DNA of 64,000 bases from Alphaproteobacteria bacterium (GTDB lineage Bacteria; Pseudomonadota; Alphaproteobacteria; UBA2966). Below the pieces are notes generated by a model. It did not search any database, was not told where the DNA came from, and saw nothing but the letters and a program-made list of their open reading frames with translations. The position numbers and the translations under genes are program-made. This document shows, in pieces, positions 9,501 through 19,363 of the stretch; position 1 is the first letter of the stretch; each line of letters opens with the position of its first letter. The stretch spans positions 1,708,199 through 1,772,198 of the forward strand of contig OZ251449.1 in assembly GCA_965242505.1 (NCBI GenBank). Reading direction: 5' to 3'.

Positions 9501-9582
9501 GACGGTCCGGGAGACGGCGTCCTGGACCGCGCGGCGGTTCGACGCGATGCTCGAAGGGCGAACGTCCTCCCCCGCAGGGTGA
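6535..9582 (+). CDS. glnE: Glutamine synthetase adenylyltransferase/adenylyl-removing enzyme
   Basis: GMGKLGADELNYSSDVD, GYVFRTDIRLRPDP, GRTWERAAMIKA, DVKLGRGGIREIEF; second nucleotidyltransferase repeat present but divergent. Confidence 0.93.
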   Translation: MVKPAPIWTTGAPPEAGDPTALDVRWERWSNAAGPEADDALRAFVGDARDDPAARALLEAAFGHSPFLTNCLIADPPFVRRLIEDGPDRAFAEARDAARDGSGLGTESTPDVMKRLRHAKRRAALAIGMADIASVWPLEKLTAALSEFAGAALGASCRHLLRTLHDKGDLALPAPETPERGSGLIVLGMGKLGADELNYSSDVDIIVLYDETVAPATNANRTGRMFAQLVRDLISIMQQRTADGYVFRTDIRLRPDPGSTPPALSVAAALKYYETVGRTWERAAMIKAWPVAGDDDAGSAFLDSLRPFVWRRHLDFATIQDIGSVKRQINAERGGDSEAIEGRDVKLGRGGIREIEFFAQTQQLVWGGRSPDLRGRRTLETLDALVAARHLAPADATELKSAYAFHRRVEHRVQMVDDQQTHSLPRGEEEMARLAVFLGFDSTAEFSERFLAHARAVERNYGTLFEDRPGRAAPVEPTLDDGGTGADSIEAIEKLGYADGARILATVDSWRTGERQATKEARARELLTDLVPTVLAAFAAAPDPDAALARFDEFLAHLPDGVQTFSLLAARPELIGLVAEIMSGAPRLADSLTRHPVLFESVLGREFTDIELSDDLGLDAEIADTARRGLVRLYYTREFDIDDLRAELAAATRDARDGRELLDAHRRWTNDKTFRIGIHMLRGFLTPLEASRPLSDIADACLGVLFSAIADDFAATHGRVPGGRTALAAFGDLGSREMNAASDLDPILFFDHDPDARRSDGPEPLAPESYYAELYERFARAITEVTAEGRLYGMDADRRASGHVGPAVCPMAKLAGHRNGDAGVQERRALIRARVVHAEGGLDDAFEAARRSILARPLAEAGIAAEIAKMRETAPKGGTSDDAFSVTHAPGGLVDTELAALYLRLSHAEEAPEILAGDTVSVFEAARAHEWIDPETAIEFADAARLWRNLAGILSLTVADAAIPDDRLPEVRNVIARSCGAPILESFDQTVRETASWTARRFDAMLEGRTSSPAG

Positions 9583-9661
9583 CCGATCCGGCTCGGACGG
9601 ATCCGCACGATCGGCACACCGTCCGGCCCCCATTGGACGTTTCGGCCCGGCCCACAGCATG

Positions 9662-10457
9662 ACCGTCTCATATGTCCTGAACCCGGACACTGGCGGCGGC
9701 GGTGCGCGAGGCGCGCGCCGACTTCCCGATGTGGGGCAAGGCCAAACTCACCGTCCTGCTCCGACGACAGGGATACACGGCCAGCGAGAGCACCGTCGGC
9801 CGCATCCTCAAGAAGCTCCTCGAACGTGGAGCCGTCGCCCCCGTCCCCACCCTCCGGCGCAAGGCGCCCCGCAGCGGCCCCAAGCGCAACCGGCCACACG
9901 CCAGGCGCCTCCCGAAGGGCCGCAAACCCACAGCCCCAGGCGAAATCGTCCAGGTCGACACCCTCTCCCTCGCCCCCGGACATGGACGCCCCGCACTCAA
10001 GCACTTCACCGCCTGCGACCCCATCGCCAAGTGGACGTGCGCCCAGGCGTACCGTCGCGCAACCGCGCACAACGCCAAACGCTTCCTCGACAAGCTCCAG
10101 AACCACATGCCCTTCCCCATCCACGCCATACAGGTCGACGGCGGCTCCGAGTTCAAGGCCGACTTCGAACGCGAATGCCGCAAACGCGGCATCGACCTCT
10201 TCGAACTGCCCCCCAGATCACCCGAACTCAACGGACACGTCGAACGCAACAACGGAGCCTGGCGGTACGAGTTCTACGCAACGTGGGACCTCGACACCGA
10301 CGACCTCGACGACACCAACCGATGGATCGACGCCTTCGCCGACGAGTTCAACACCTTCAGACCCCACCAGGCCCTCGACGGACAAACCCCCGCCGAGTAC
10401 CTTCACTCCCTGACAGCCAAGGAAACCCAACCGTCTCATATGTCCTGAACGAGGACA
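9662..10457 (+). mobile_element. 5'-truncated IS481-family element (rve/integrase-core transposase fragment ~9690-10448)
   Basis: DDE motifs VQVDT, IQVDGGSEF, PELNGHVER, FNTFRPHQAL; N-terminal HTH missing; 3' end ...GTCTCATATGTCCTGAACGAGGACA (TGT terminus). Confidence 0.85.
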
Positions 10458-10607
10458 GGGGCTTGCCCCCGCCGCCCGTTGCTGTCAGACTCCCGCGCGC
10501 GTCGCCCCCCGCGCCCGGTGGGCGCGCTCCCCCATCCGTCGGCTGGCATGAGCTCGAACGGCTCGGGGTTCGACTCAACCCGGACGGGAATGAAAAACGG
10601 TACAGAC

Positions 10608-11990
10608 ATGACTTCAACGGACTTCTCCCATTCCATCGCCCGCCGCCGCGCGGTCGGGTTCGGCTGTCTCGCGGCCGCCGGCCTGCTCGCGCTCCTGCCG
10701 ACGGAGGCGCGGGCGGCTCTCGACGCCGAGGCGCAGTTCGTCCTCAACAGCTTCTCGTTCCTGATCTGGGGCGTGCTGGTCATGTGGATGTGCGCCGGCT
10801 TCACCATGCTCGAGGCGGGATCGGTGCGCACCAAGAACGCCTCGGTCATCTGCCTGAAGAACATCGGCCTCTATTCCATCGCCGGGCTGACCTTCTATCT
10901 GGTCGGCTACAACCTCATGTACGTCGGCGTCGAGGACGGCGGCTGGGTGGGGTCGCTCGCGTTTCTCTACGGCACGTCGGCCGACGAGGTCGCGCTTCTG
11001 GGCGGTCAGGAGGAAGCCGCCGCCGCCGTGGTGGAAAACGGCCAGGCCACGATGTCGGACTGGTTCTTCCAGATGGTGTTCGTGGCGACGACGGCCTCGA
11101 TCGTGTCGGGGACCCTGGCGGAGCGTGTGAAGCTGTGGTCCTTCTTCGTCTTCATCACGCTTCTGACGGCCCTCATCTATCCGATCATCGGCGCGTGGAC
11201 ATGGGGCGGCGGCTGGCTGTCGGCCCTGGGCTTCCAGGATTTCGCGGGATCGACCATCGTCCACTCGACGGGCGGCTGGGCGGCTCTGGCGGGAGCGCTG
11301 GTGGTGGGTCCGCGCAAGGGCAAGTTCCGCGAGGGCGGAAAGGTCAGGTCGACGCCGCCGTCGAACGTGCCGGTGGTGACGCTGGGGGTGTTCATCCTCT
11401 GGCTCGGCTGGTTCGGCTTCAACGGCGGCTCGCAACTGGCCCTGAGCGGGGCCGCCGACGCGGTGGCGGTGAGCAACATCCTGGCCAACACCAATCTCGC
11501 GGCGGCGGCGGGGGTGATGGCGGCGATCATCCTGTCGCGACCCATTCTGGGGCGGATCGACCTGCTGGCCGGCCTGAACGGGGCCATCGCGGGGCTGGTG
11601 GCGATCACGGCGGGCCCCGACATCGTCGATCACCACTGGGCCGTGGTCATCGGCGCCGTCGGCGGCGCGCTGTGCGTGGCGGGCCTGAAGGCGATGGAGC
11701 GTCTGCGGATCGACGACGTGGTCGGCGCGGTGCCGGCGCACCTGTTCGCCGGGGTATGGGGGACGATGGCCGTGTGCATCGCGGCCGGCGGCGACCCGCT
11801 GGCGCAGCTCGCCGGGATCGCGGCGATCGGCGTCTTCGTGTTCGGAGCCTCGATGGCGGCATGGCTGATCATCGACCGGACGATGGGCGCCCGCATCTCG
11901 CCGACGGTCGAGGCCCTGGGCCAGGACGCGGCGGAACTCGGCGTCGAGGCCTATCCCGAATTCGTCCTCATGCCCGAGACCGACGATTGA
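10608..11990 (+). CDS. amtB: Ammonium transporter
   Basis: GFTMLEAGSVRTKN, FFQMVF, DFAGSTIVH, LWLGWFGFNGGS, IDDVVGAVPAH motifs; start could be 10590 or 10608. Confidence 0.95.
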   Translation: MTSTDFSHSIARRRAVGFGCLAAAGLLALLPTEARAALDAEAQFVLNSFSFLIWGVLVMWMCAGFTMLEAGSVRTKNASVICLKNIGLYSIAGLTFYLVGYNLMYVGVEDGGWVGSLAFLYGTSADEVALLGGQEEAAAAVVENGQATMSDWFFQMVFVATTASIVSGTLAERVKLWSFFVFITLLTALIYPIIGAWTWGGGWLSALGFQDFAGSTIVHSTGGWAALAGALVVGPRKGKFREGGKVRSTPPSNVPVVTLGVFILWLGWFGFNGGSQLALSGAADAVAVSNILANTNLAAAAGVMAAIILSRPILGRIDLLAGLNGAIAGLVAITAGPDIVDHHWAVVIGAVGGALCVAGLKAMERLRIDDVVGAVPAHLFAGVWGTMAVCIAAGGDPLAQLAGIAAIGVFVFGASMAAWLIIDRTMGARISPTVEALGQDAAELGVEAYPEFVLMPETDD

Positions 11991-12070
11991 GCGGCCCCGC
12001 GCGCCGGTTTCCAGGCGCGGACCCGGGAGCCTCCGCTGCGGCCGGCCGCCATCGCGGCCGGTAGCGGCGG

Positions 12071-13474
12071 ATGGCCGTCGTCACGCGGTTCGCGCCGTCG
12101 CCGACCGGGCTTCTGCATCTGGGGAGCGCCCGGATCGCCCTGTTCAACTGGCTGTACGCCCGCCGCCACGGGGGCGAGTTCCTCCTCAGACTGGAGGACA
12201 CCGACCGGAAGCGCTCCACGGAAGAGGCGGTTTCGGCGATCATCGACGGTCTCGCCTGGCTCGGACTCGACTGGGACGGCGAAATCGTGCGCCAGTCGGA
12301 ACGCGGGAAACGTCACGCCGATGTCGCCCGGCGACTCCTCGAGGAGGGCAAGGCCTACCGCTGCTACTGCGCTCCGGAGGAGCTGGCGGAAATGCGGGAA
12401 GCGGCGAGAAAGCGGGGAAGCCCGGTCCTCTACGATGGCCGCTGGCGCGACCGCGACCCGTCCGAGGCGCCGGCGGGCGTACCGCCCACGATCCGCATAA
12501 AGTCGCCCCTCGCGGGCGAGACCGTCATCGAGGATCGCGTACAGGGGACGGTCACCGTCGCCAACCGGCAGCTCGACGACATGGTTCTGTCAAGGAGCGA
12601 CGGAACGGCGACGTACATGCTGTCCGCGGTCGTCGACGACCACGACATGGGGGTGACGCACGTCATTCGCGGCGACGACCATCTCAACAACGCCGCGCGG
12701 CAGACGATCCTGTTCCAGGCCCTGGGCTGGACCGTTCCCGAGTTCGCCCACGTCCCGTTGATCCACGGGCCCGACGGCGCGAAGCTGTCCAAACGCCACG
12801 GCGCCGCGGGCGTCGAGACGTATCGGGACGAAGGATACCTGCCGGAGGCGATGCGGAACTATCTCGCCCGTCTGGGCTGGAGCCACGGGGACGAGGAACT
12901 CTTCACGACCGAACAGGCCGTCGAGTGGTTCGATCTGGACCGGGTCGGCCGCGGCGCGGCCAGGTTCGACCTCGACAAGCTGCGGAGCGTGAACGCGCAC
13001 TACATTCAGCAGGCCCGGGACAGCCGTCTGGTCGAGGCGATTCGCGGCCCCCTGGCGGAACGGCGCGGCCGCGACCTGGAAGACCGCGACCTGGAACGCC
13101 TGACGGCCGCGATGCCGGTGCTGAAACCGCGGGCCAAGTCGATACCGGAACTCGTCGACAACGCCCTGTTCGTCGTTCGCGACAGACCCGTCGAACTCGA
13201 CGAGAAGGCGGCCGGACTGCTGGATGCGGACGCCAGGTCCCTGCTCCGTGATCTCGCCGGGGTCCTGGAGACGCTCGGCGACTGGAACCCGTCGGCGATC
13301 GAGACCGCGGTCCGGGGGTACGCCGCAGAGAACGGAATCAGGCTCGGCGCGGCGGCCCAACCCTTGAGGGCGAGTCTGACGGGGAAAACCGCCTCTCCCG
13401 GGATATTCGACGTCCTGGCCGTATTGGGCAAGGAGGAAAGCCTGGGGCGCATCGGCGACGCCGGAGAAGGGTAG
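12071..13474 (+). CDS. gltX: Glutamate--tRNA ligase
   Basis: [36 protein letters not shown] motifs. Confidence 0.97.
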   Translation: MAVVTRFAPSPTGLLHLGSARIALFNWLYARRHGGEFLLRLEDTDRKRSTEEAVSAIIDGLAWLGLDWDGEIVRQSERGKRHADVARRLLEEGKAYRCYCAPEELAEMREAARKRGSPVLYDGRWRDRDPSEAPAGVPPTIRIKSPLAGETVIEDRVQGTVTVANRQLDDMVLSRSDGTATYMLSAVVDDHDMGVTHVIRGDDHLNNAARQTILFQALGWTVPEFAHVPLIHGPDGAKLSKRHGAAGVETYRDEGYLPEAMRNYLARLGWSHGDEELFTTEQAVEWFDLDRVGRGAARFDLDKLRSVNAHYIQQARDSRLVEAIRGPLAERRGRDLEDRDLERLTAAMPVLKPRAKSIPELVDNALFVVRDRPVELDEKAAGLLDADARSLLRDLAGVLETLGDWNPSAIETAVRGYAAENGIRLGAAAQPLRASLTGKTASPGIFDVLAVLGKEESLGRIGDAGEG

Positions 13475-13579
13475 ATACCGCGCCCCGGTATCGTGGCTCC
13501 CGCGTCCTGTCGTATAATCCCGGCGGTCGCGCCCGCCGGGTCGCTCGCCGACCGAACGTCATCCCGGGAAGGACATCGC

Positions 13580-14899
13580 ATGGCTCGGAAACTCGAGAGT
13601 CCGACGAACGGCAATGATTTTCTGCTGTCTTCCGGCGGTGGGGATTCGCTCGATCTGCCGCGCCTCCAGGGCACGATCGGACCGGACGTCGTCGATATCC
13701 GCAGGCTCTACTCGGATCTCGGCTGCTTTACCTACGATCCGGGATTCGTCGCGACGGCGAGTTGCGCCTCGCGGCTCACCTACATCGACGGCGAGGAAGG
13801 GATCCTGCTTCACCGGGGATACCCCATCCAGCAGCTGGCGGAGAACAGCACGTTCCCCGAGGTCGCGTTTCTCCTGTTGAACGGGGAACTGCCCAGCGCC
13901 CGGGAGCTCTCCGATTTCGAGAACGCCCTCAAGCGCTACAGCATGATCCACGACCAGCTGACCCGGCTGTTCAGCGGTTTCCGGCGGGACGCTCATCCGA
14001 TGGCGATCATGGTCGGGGTCGTCGGCGCCCTGAGCGCGTTCTACCACGACAGCCTCGACATCGACGATCCGCGCCACCGCATGGTGGCGTCCTACCGGTT
14101 GATCGCCAAGATGCCCACGATCGCGGCCATGGCCTACAAGTACTCCATCGGCCAGCCGTTCATGTACCCCCGAAACGCGCTGTCCTACGCCGAGAACTTC
14201 CTCCACATGATGTTCGGCGTTCCGACCGAGGAGTACGAGGTGAATCCGGTTCTGGCCAAGGCCATCGACCGGATTTTCATCCTGCACGCGGACCACGAGC
14301 AAAACGCCTCGACCTCGACCGTGCGTCTGGCGGGATCCTCCGGCGCCAACCCGTTCGCGTGCATCGCCGCCGGCATCGCCTGCCTGTGGGGGCCGGCCCA
14401 CGGCGGCGCCAACGAGGCCGTTCTCGCGATGCTCGGCGAGATCGGCTCGGTCGAGAACATCCCGCAGTTCATCGATCGGGCCAAGGATCGCGACGATTCA
14501 TTCCGCCTCATGGGATTCGGACATCGGGTCTACAAGAACTACGACCCGCGCGCAGCGGTTCTTCGCGAAAGCGCCCACGCCGTGCTCGCGGAGCTCGGCG
14601 TCGGGAACGAACCCCTGCTCGAACTCGCGATGGAGCTCGAGCGGATCGCACTCGACGACGAGTATTTCGTGGAGAGAAAGCTGTTCCCGAACGTCGATTT
14701 CTATTCCGGAATCATCTTCCGGGCCATAGGCATTCCGGTATCCATGTTCACGGTGATGTTCGCGCTGGCGCGGACCGTGGGCTGGATCGCCCAGTGGAAG
14801 GAGATGATCGAGGATCCGGACCAGAGAATCGGCCGGCCGCGTCAACTGTATACGGGGCCGAAGGAACGGGACTACGCACCCATAGACCGGCGATCCTGA
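13580..14899 (+). CDS. gltA: Citrate synthase (type II)
   Basis: [49 protein letters not shown]; SD GGAAGGA before ATG 13580. Confidence 0.97.
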   Translation: MARKLESPTNGNDFLLSSGGGDSLDLPRLQGTIGPDVVDIRRLYSDLGCFTYDPGFVATASCASRLTYIDGEEGILLHRGYPIQQLAENSTFPEVAFLLLNGELPSARELSDFENALKRYSMIHDQLTRLFSGFRRDAHPMAIMVGVVGALSAFYHDSLDIDDPRHRMVASYRLIAKMPTIAAMAYKYSIGQPFMYPRNALSYAENFLHMMFGVPTEEYEVNPVLAKAIDRIFILHADHEQNASTSTVRLAGSSGANPFACIAAGIACLWGPAHGGANEAVLAMLGEIGSVENIPQFIDRAKDRDDSFRLMGFGHRVYKNYDPRAAVLRESAHAVLAELGVGNEPLLELAMELERIALDDEYFVERKLFPNVDFYSGIIFRAIGIPVSMFTVMFALARTVGWIAQWKEMIEDPDQRIGRPRQLYTGPKERDYAPIDRRS

Positions 14900-14915
14900 T
14901 TCGGGAACAGCCAGC

Positions 14916-15137
14916 CCGGCGACAGGGGCGCCACAGGGTCCGTTCGCGCTCCTCCCTCCTGGCGCCGCGACCCCCACCCCGACCCTCCCCCTGCAAGGGG
15001 GAGGGAGAACGAGGGGGACGGAAAGGAGCCCCCCACACTCCTCCCCCTGACAGGGGGGAGGTCGGGAGGGGGGCGGACCGCGGTCCCGCAACGCCACGCA
15101 ATCCTCGATCCTCCACCGGCATGAGAATTGCGGGCTA
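14916..15137. repeat. Partial TA-ended MITE-like/REP composite repeat between convergent gltA and gloA
   Basis: Colinear with 27008-27476; contains two inverted REP-like hairpins; ends ATGAGAATTGCGGGCTA. Confidence 0.8.
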
Positions 15138-15533
15138 CCCCGTCTGGATCAGTTCGATCGAGCGCCCGTCGGGATCCTCGACGAAGGCGATAACGGTCGT
15201 CCCGCCCTTGACCGGTCCCGCCGGCCTCGGGATTCGCACGCCCTCCCTGGCGAGGGAGTCGCAAGCCGCGGCGACGTCGGGAACGCCGATCGCCAGATGG
15301 CCGTAAGCCCGCCCCAGTTCGTAAGGTTCCTCATGGCCCCAGTTGCACGTGAGCTCGAGAACCGTGTTGGCATCCTCGTCGCCGTAACCGAGAAACGTGT
15401 TCGTGTATTTGCCGACCTCGTTGTCGCTCTGGCGCAGCACCTTCATGCCGAGCAAGCGGGTGTAGAAATCGATCGCCTTGTCCTGGTCCTTGACCCGGAT
15501 CATGGCGTGCATCAGCCTAAAACCGTCTGACAT
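15135..15533 (-). CDS. gloA: Lactoylglutathione lyase (glyoxalase I)
   Basis: HAMIRVKD..FYTRLLGM, LELTCNWG, YGHLAIGV, AFVEDPDG..IELIQ. Confidence 0.9.
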   Translation of the reverse strand: MSDGFRLMHAMIRVKDQDKAIDFYTRLLGMKVLRQSDNEVGKYTNTFLGYGDEDANTVLELTCNWGHEEPYELGRAYGHLAIGVPDVAAACDSLAREGVRIPRPAGPVKGGTTVIAFVEDPDGRSIELIQTG

Positions 15534-15640
15534 CGCCGCGAAGCCTTTCCCTGTTGCCGTTCGGCCAAGTGTCGCGCATCGGACGGGCGCGGCGCAATAG
15601 AGATCCGGCGGGTCGCCACGACGCGCGGCCCCGCGCGCGC

Positions 15641-16471
15641 CTATTCGCCATCCGCGCCCACCGCGACGACCCCGACCAGGAACAGCCCGGCGGCGTCCGC
15701 GCCGTCGATCACCGCGCCCAGGTCGAGAACGAGCGTTTCGCCCGCCTCCACCGCGATTCCGGCGAGCCCCGCCGCCGCTGCGCGTTCGATCGTCCCGACC
15801 CCGATGGTGGGCAGGTCGGCGCGCCGGTCCTGGCTCGGTTTTCTCAGCTTGGCGAGAACGCCTCCCCGTTCCTCGCGCCGGAGAGAAGCGACCCGATCGA
15901 TCAGGGCATCGGTTCCTTCGGCCGCCTCGACGCCGAGAACGTACCCATCGTGAACGACGGCGGCCTGACCGACATCGATCGCGCCGATGGCTCGGACCAC
16001 TTCCACGCCGCGCGCGATATCGCCCCATTCGCCGGCGCCGGGTCGACAGGCGCCAAGCACGCCCTCCGTCGCCAGGAGGCCGGCAAACACGTCATCGGCT
16101 CCCACCACGTTGAACCCTTCGCCTTCGAGCTCGTCGATCACGACGGTCAGCAAGGCGTCGTCGCCGCGCGCGCGGAGAAGCCGCGGCGCCATCGCCGCGC
16201 CGCGCCTGTCGAGCCGCATCGACGCCAATCCGGGCCGCCGGATCGGCCCGGCCAGGACGACGTCCCGACACTCCGCTTCTTTCAGCGCCCGTATGACGCT
16301 TCCGACGGCGCCGAGATCGAGCCATACGTGGGGCGCGCCATCCACGCAGGCGGGGTTCGACTCGCCGTTGAACACGACGACGAAGACCTCCCGGCCCGTC
16401 GCGCGGCAAACTTCCACCAGCTTGACCGGGAGTTCGCCGTCTCCGGCCAGGATGCCCAGCTTAGGAGCCAC
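15641..16471 (-). CDS. lpxI: UDP-2,3-diacylglucosamine diphosphatase
   Basis: LGILAGDGELP, DVGQAAVV, EAAEGTD, QDRRADLPTIG; position after lpxA. Confidence 0.92.
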   Translation of the reverse strand: MAPKLGILAGDGELPVKLVEVCRATGREVFVVVFNGESNPACVDGAPHVWLDLGAVGSVIRALKEAECRDVVLAGPIRRPGLASMRLDRRGAAMAPRLLRARGDDALLTVVIDELEGEGFNVVGADDVFAGLLATEGVLGACRPGAGEWGDIARGVEVVRAIGAIDVGQAAVVHDGYVLGVEAAEGTDALIDRVASLRREERGGVLAKLRKPSQDRRADLPTIGVGTIERAAAAGLAGIAVEAGETLVLDLGAVIDGADAAGLFLVGVVAVGADGE

Positions 16472-17264
16472 GACCCTCCCGCGGCAAACAGAACGACCGG
16501 ACCGATTCGGCGGCCAGGAAATTCACGATATCCATGACTTCCGGCGTCTCGGAGAACATCGCCCCCACCCGCGCCACCCGTTGCCTGAGGGTCCCCCGGG
16601 GCGCGAACAACTGGCGGTACGCCTTCCGCATTCGTCGAATGCTGTCCCGCGACACCCCCCGGCGCTTCAGTCCGGTGACGTTCAGGCCGCGGAGCGCCGC
16701 GCGATCCCCCATGACCGAACCATAGGGTATGACGTCGTGTTCGACGCCCGACATCCCGCCGATTATGGCGTGCGGGCCGATTCGGACGAACTGATGTATG
16801 GCTGCGAGTCCGCCGATGATCGCGTGTTCGCCCACGTGGACGTGCCCTCCGAGCGAAGCGTAGTTCGCCATTATCACGCCATCGCCAATGATGCAGTCGT
16901 GAGCGACGTGGGCTCCCATCATGAACATGCAACCGCTTCCGACGCGGGTCACCATGCCGCCGCGTTCGGTTCCCGGGTTCATGGTGACGTATTCGCGGAT
17001 CGTGTTGTTGGCGCCGATCTCGAGACGCGACGGCTCTCCGCGGTATTTCAGATCCTGCGGCGGTTTGCCGATCGAGGCGAAGGGAAACATCCGGCAATCC
17101 CGACCGACGCGCGTCGCGCCGGCCACGACGACATGGGAGTCGATCTCGACGCCATCGCCCAACTCGACATCCCCGCCGACGCACGAATACGCCCCGATGG
17201 CGACGTTCTCGCCGAGGCTCGCGCCGTCCTCGACGATGGCCGTCACGTGTATCCGGGTGGCCAT
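16461..17264 (-). CDS. lpxA: Acyl-ACP--UDP-N-acetylglucosamine O-acyltransferase
   Basis: Hexapeptide repeats, PQDLKY, IREYVTMNPGT, HVAHDC, HQFVRIG. Confidence 0.96.
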   Translation of the reverse strand: MATRIHVTAIVEDGASLGENVAIGAYSCVGGDVELGDGVEIDSHVVVAGATRVGRDCRMFPFASIGKPPQDLKYRGEPSRLEIGANNTIREYVTMNPGTERGGMVTRVGSGCMFMMGAHVAHDCIIGDGVIMANYASLGGHVHVGEHAIIGGLAAIHQFVRIGPHAIIGGMSGVEHDVIPYGSVMGDRAALRGLNVTGLKRRGVSRDSIRRMRKAYRQLFAPRGTLRQRVARVGAMFSETPEVMDIVNFLAAESVRSFCLPREGRGS

Positions 17265-17746
17265 CAGCCGTCCCCGTCGTTCACGATCATCGCCGTATAG
17301 GTGGCCTCGGCGACGACGGCGCCGTCGACCCTCGCCTCGGCGGAGAATTTCCACACGTCGCGGCGGCGCTGCCGTTTCGTGACCCGGATGCGCAGGGTGT
17401 CGCCCGGGCCGACGGGTTTTCTGAAACGGGCGTTCTCTATCGCCATGAAATAGACGAGCTGGCCTTCGGCGCGCCCTCCCCGCGTGTGAATCACGAGAAC
17501 CGCCGCCGTTTGCGCCATGGCCTCGACGATCATCACGCCCGGCATGACGGGGCGCTGGGGGAAGTGCCCCTGGAAATACGGCTCGTTGATCGTGACGTTC
17601 TTGATTCCGACCGCCGACTCGCCGGGCACGATGTCGACGATCCTGTCCACCATGAGCATGGGAAACCGGTGCGGGATCGTCTCCATGATCCGGAGAATTT
17701 CCGCCACATGCAGCTCCGTCGCCGGCATGTCGCCTTCAGTCGCCAC
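17264..17746 (-). CDS. fabZ: 3-hydroxyacyl-ACP dehydratase
   Basis: [39 protein letters not shown]. Confidence 0.96.
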   Translation of the reverse strand: MATEGDMPATELHVAEILRIMETIPHRFPMLMVDRIVDIVPGESAVGIKNVTINEPYFQGHFPQRPVMPGVMIVEAMAQTAAVLVIHTRGGRAEGQLVYFMAIENARFRKPVGPGDTLRIRVTKRQRRRDVWKFSAEARVDGAVVAEATYTAMIVNDGDG

Positions 17747-18770
17747 TTCGTTTTCCCTTCTCTCGAACCATGCGCTCCATCAGCACGGTCTGGCGATGCC
17801 AGTCCCGGATGGGCCGCGCGGGCATGCCGGAGACCGTCGCGCCCGCGGGCACGTCCCGCATGACGCCGCATTTCCCCGCCACGCGCGCGCCGGCGCCGAC
17901 GGTCAGATGTCCCGCGAAACCCGCCTGGCCTCCGGCCATCACCCGACGCTCCAGTTTCGCGCTTCCCGAGATACCCACCTGCGCGGCGATTACGCACCCT
18001 TCCCCGAGCACGACGTTGTGGGCGATCTGGACGAGATTGTCGATCCAGCACCCCGCCCCGATCTCCGTATCCGGACCGCTCCCCCGATCGATCGTGGTGT
18101 TCGCGCCGATCTCCACGTCGTCGTGAACGATGACCCGGCCCAGTTGCGGCATCTTGACGTATTCCGCCGGACCGATCGCGAAACCGAATCCGTCCTGACC
18201 GATGCGCGCGCCCGGATGAACGGTCACGCGAGCGCCGACGATACAGTGGCTGAGGGAAACGCCCGCCCCGATGACGGTCGCATCGCCGATCTCCACTCCC
18301 GGACCGATCACGGCATTCGCGCCGACGCGGCAGTCCGCGCCAACCCGCGCATGGCCGCCCACGACGGCGCCTGGTGAAATTTCGCTCCCCTCTCCGATTT
18401 CAGCGGTTGGCGCGACGTGCGCCGACGGCGAGATCCGACCGGACGACGGAGGCGCGGGATAGAAGGCTCGCGCCGCCAGGGCATAGGCCCGGTAAGGGTC
18501 TTCCGAAACCAGAAGCGCCATGCCGCGCGGCCCTCGGTCCGCGTGACGCGGCCGCACGATGCACGCGCCCGCCCGGCTGTCCCGGAAGGACGACAGATAT
18601 CTCGGGTTGTCCAGGAAGGAGAGCTCTTCGGGACCCGCGCGTTCTAGGGGGGCCACATCCCGGATCACCGCTTCGGGGTCGGCGCCGGCAGCGAGCATGG
18701 AGCCGCTCGACTCGGCGAGAGCCCGGAGCGAAAACGGTCCGCTGGACGAATAGAAACGCGGATCGGCCAT
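17736..18770 (-). CDS. lpxD: UDP-3-O-acylglucosamine N-acyltransferase
   Basis: [35 protein letters not shown]. Confidence 0.96.
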   Translation of the reverse strand: MADPRFYSSSGPFSLRALAESSGSMLAAGADPEAVIRDVAPLERAGPEELSFLDNPRYLSSFRDSRAGACIVRPRHADRGPRGMALLVSEDPYRAYALAARAFYPAPPSSGRISPSAHVAPTAEIGEGSEISPGAVVGGHARVGADCRVGANAVIGPGVEIGDATVIGAGVSLSHCIVGARVTVHPGARIGQDGFGFAIGPAEYVKMPQLGRVIVHDDVEIGANTTIDRGSGPDTEIGAGCWIDNLVQIAHNVVLGEGCVIAAQVGISGSAKLERRVMAGGQAGFAGHLTVGAGARVAGKCGVMRDVPAGATVSGMPARPIRDWHRQTVLMERMVREKGKRSGD

Positions 18771-19357
18771 TATTCGCCTTCGGGCGATGGAACCGTGACC
18801 AGAGGCAGTCGCTCGTCGAGGCGTTGCAATACGATCGTCGTGATGTCGAAGCGGTCGTCCACGTAACGCACCTGGCGCTTGTCGAGCACCAGGGTGAAGC
18901 CCAGCTCGGCCGAAAGGCTCTCGATGATCGGGCCGAGAACCTGGTTTACCGAGGCCAGCGCGGCCTCGATGCTGCGCTCGAGACGTCGGGTGCGGTTCTG
19001 CACCTGACGCTGGAGGCTCGCGACGTTGTCCTCGAACTCCCTGCGGCGTTGCGCGAACGCTTCGGGAGACAGGATGGCGCGCTGCTGCTGGAGTTCATGC
19101 TCCTGTTGGCGGAGCTGTTCCTCTTCCTCGCCGATGACGGCCGCGTACCGCGACCGATAGGTCTCGACCTGAGCGCGGATATTCTTCGCGGCAAGCGCAT
19201 CCCGTTCGAGCTGCTGGAAGTCGATCACGGCAACCACCGTCCCCGAGAGAACCTGCGCCTCCACGACGCCGGGAATCCCGAGCCCGACACAGAGGATGAA
19301 CATCCAATCGGGGGCGCGCATCCACCTGGCCAACCCCAAAACCACTTTCCAGTGCAT
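18770..19357 (-). CDS. skp: OmpH/Skp periplasmic chaperone
   Basis: Signal-like N-terminus, AVIDFQ, coiled coil, C-terminal [11 protein letters not shown]; lies between bamA and lpxD. Confidence 0.85.
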   Translation of the reverse strand: MHWKVVLGLARWMRAPDWMFILCVGLGIPGVVEAQVLSGTVVAVIDFQQLERDALAAKNIRAQVETYRSRYAAVIGEEEEQLRQQEHELQQQRAILSPEAFAQRRREFEDNVASLQRQVQNRTRRLERSIEAALASVNQVLGPIIESLSAELGFTLVLDKRQVRYVDDRFDITTIVLQRLDERLPLVTVPSPEGE

Positions 19358-19363
19358 CTCCGT

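Noticed and set aside
6322-9690. Very long antisense or alternate-frame ORFs (also 18374-21745, 21742-24432, 30135-32855, 48381-51905, 55336-57447, 62419-63939)
   Set aside because: Shadow ORFs of well-supported genes in high-GC DNA; no recognisable motifs.
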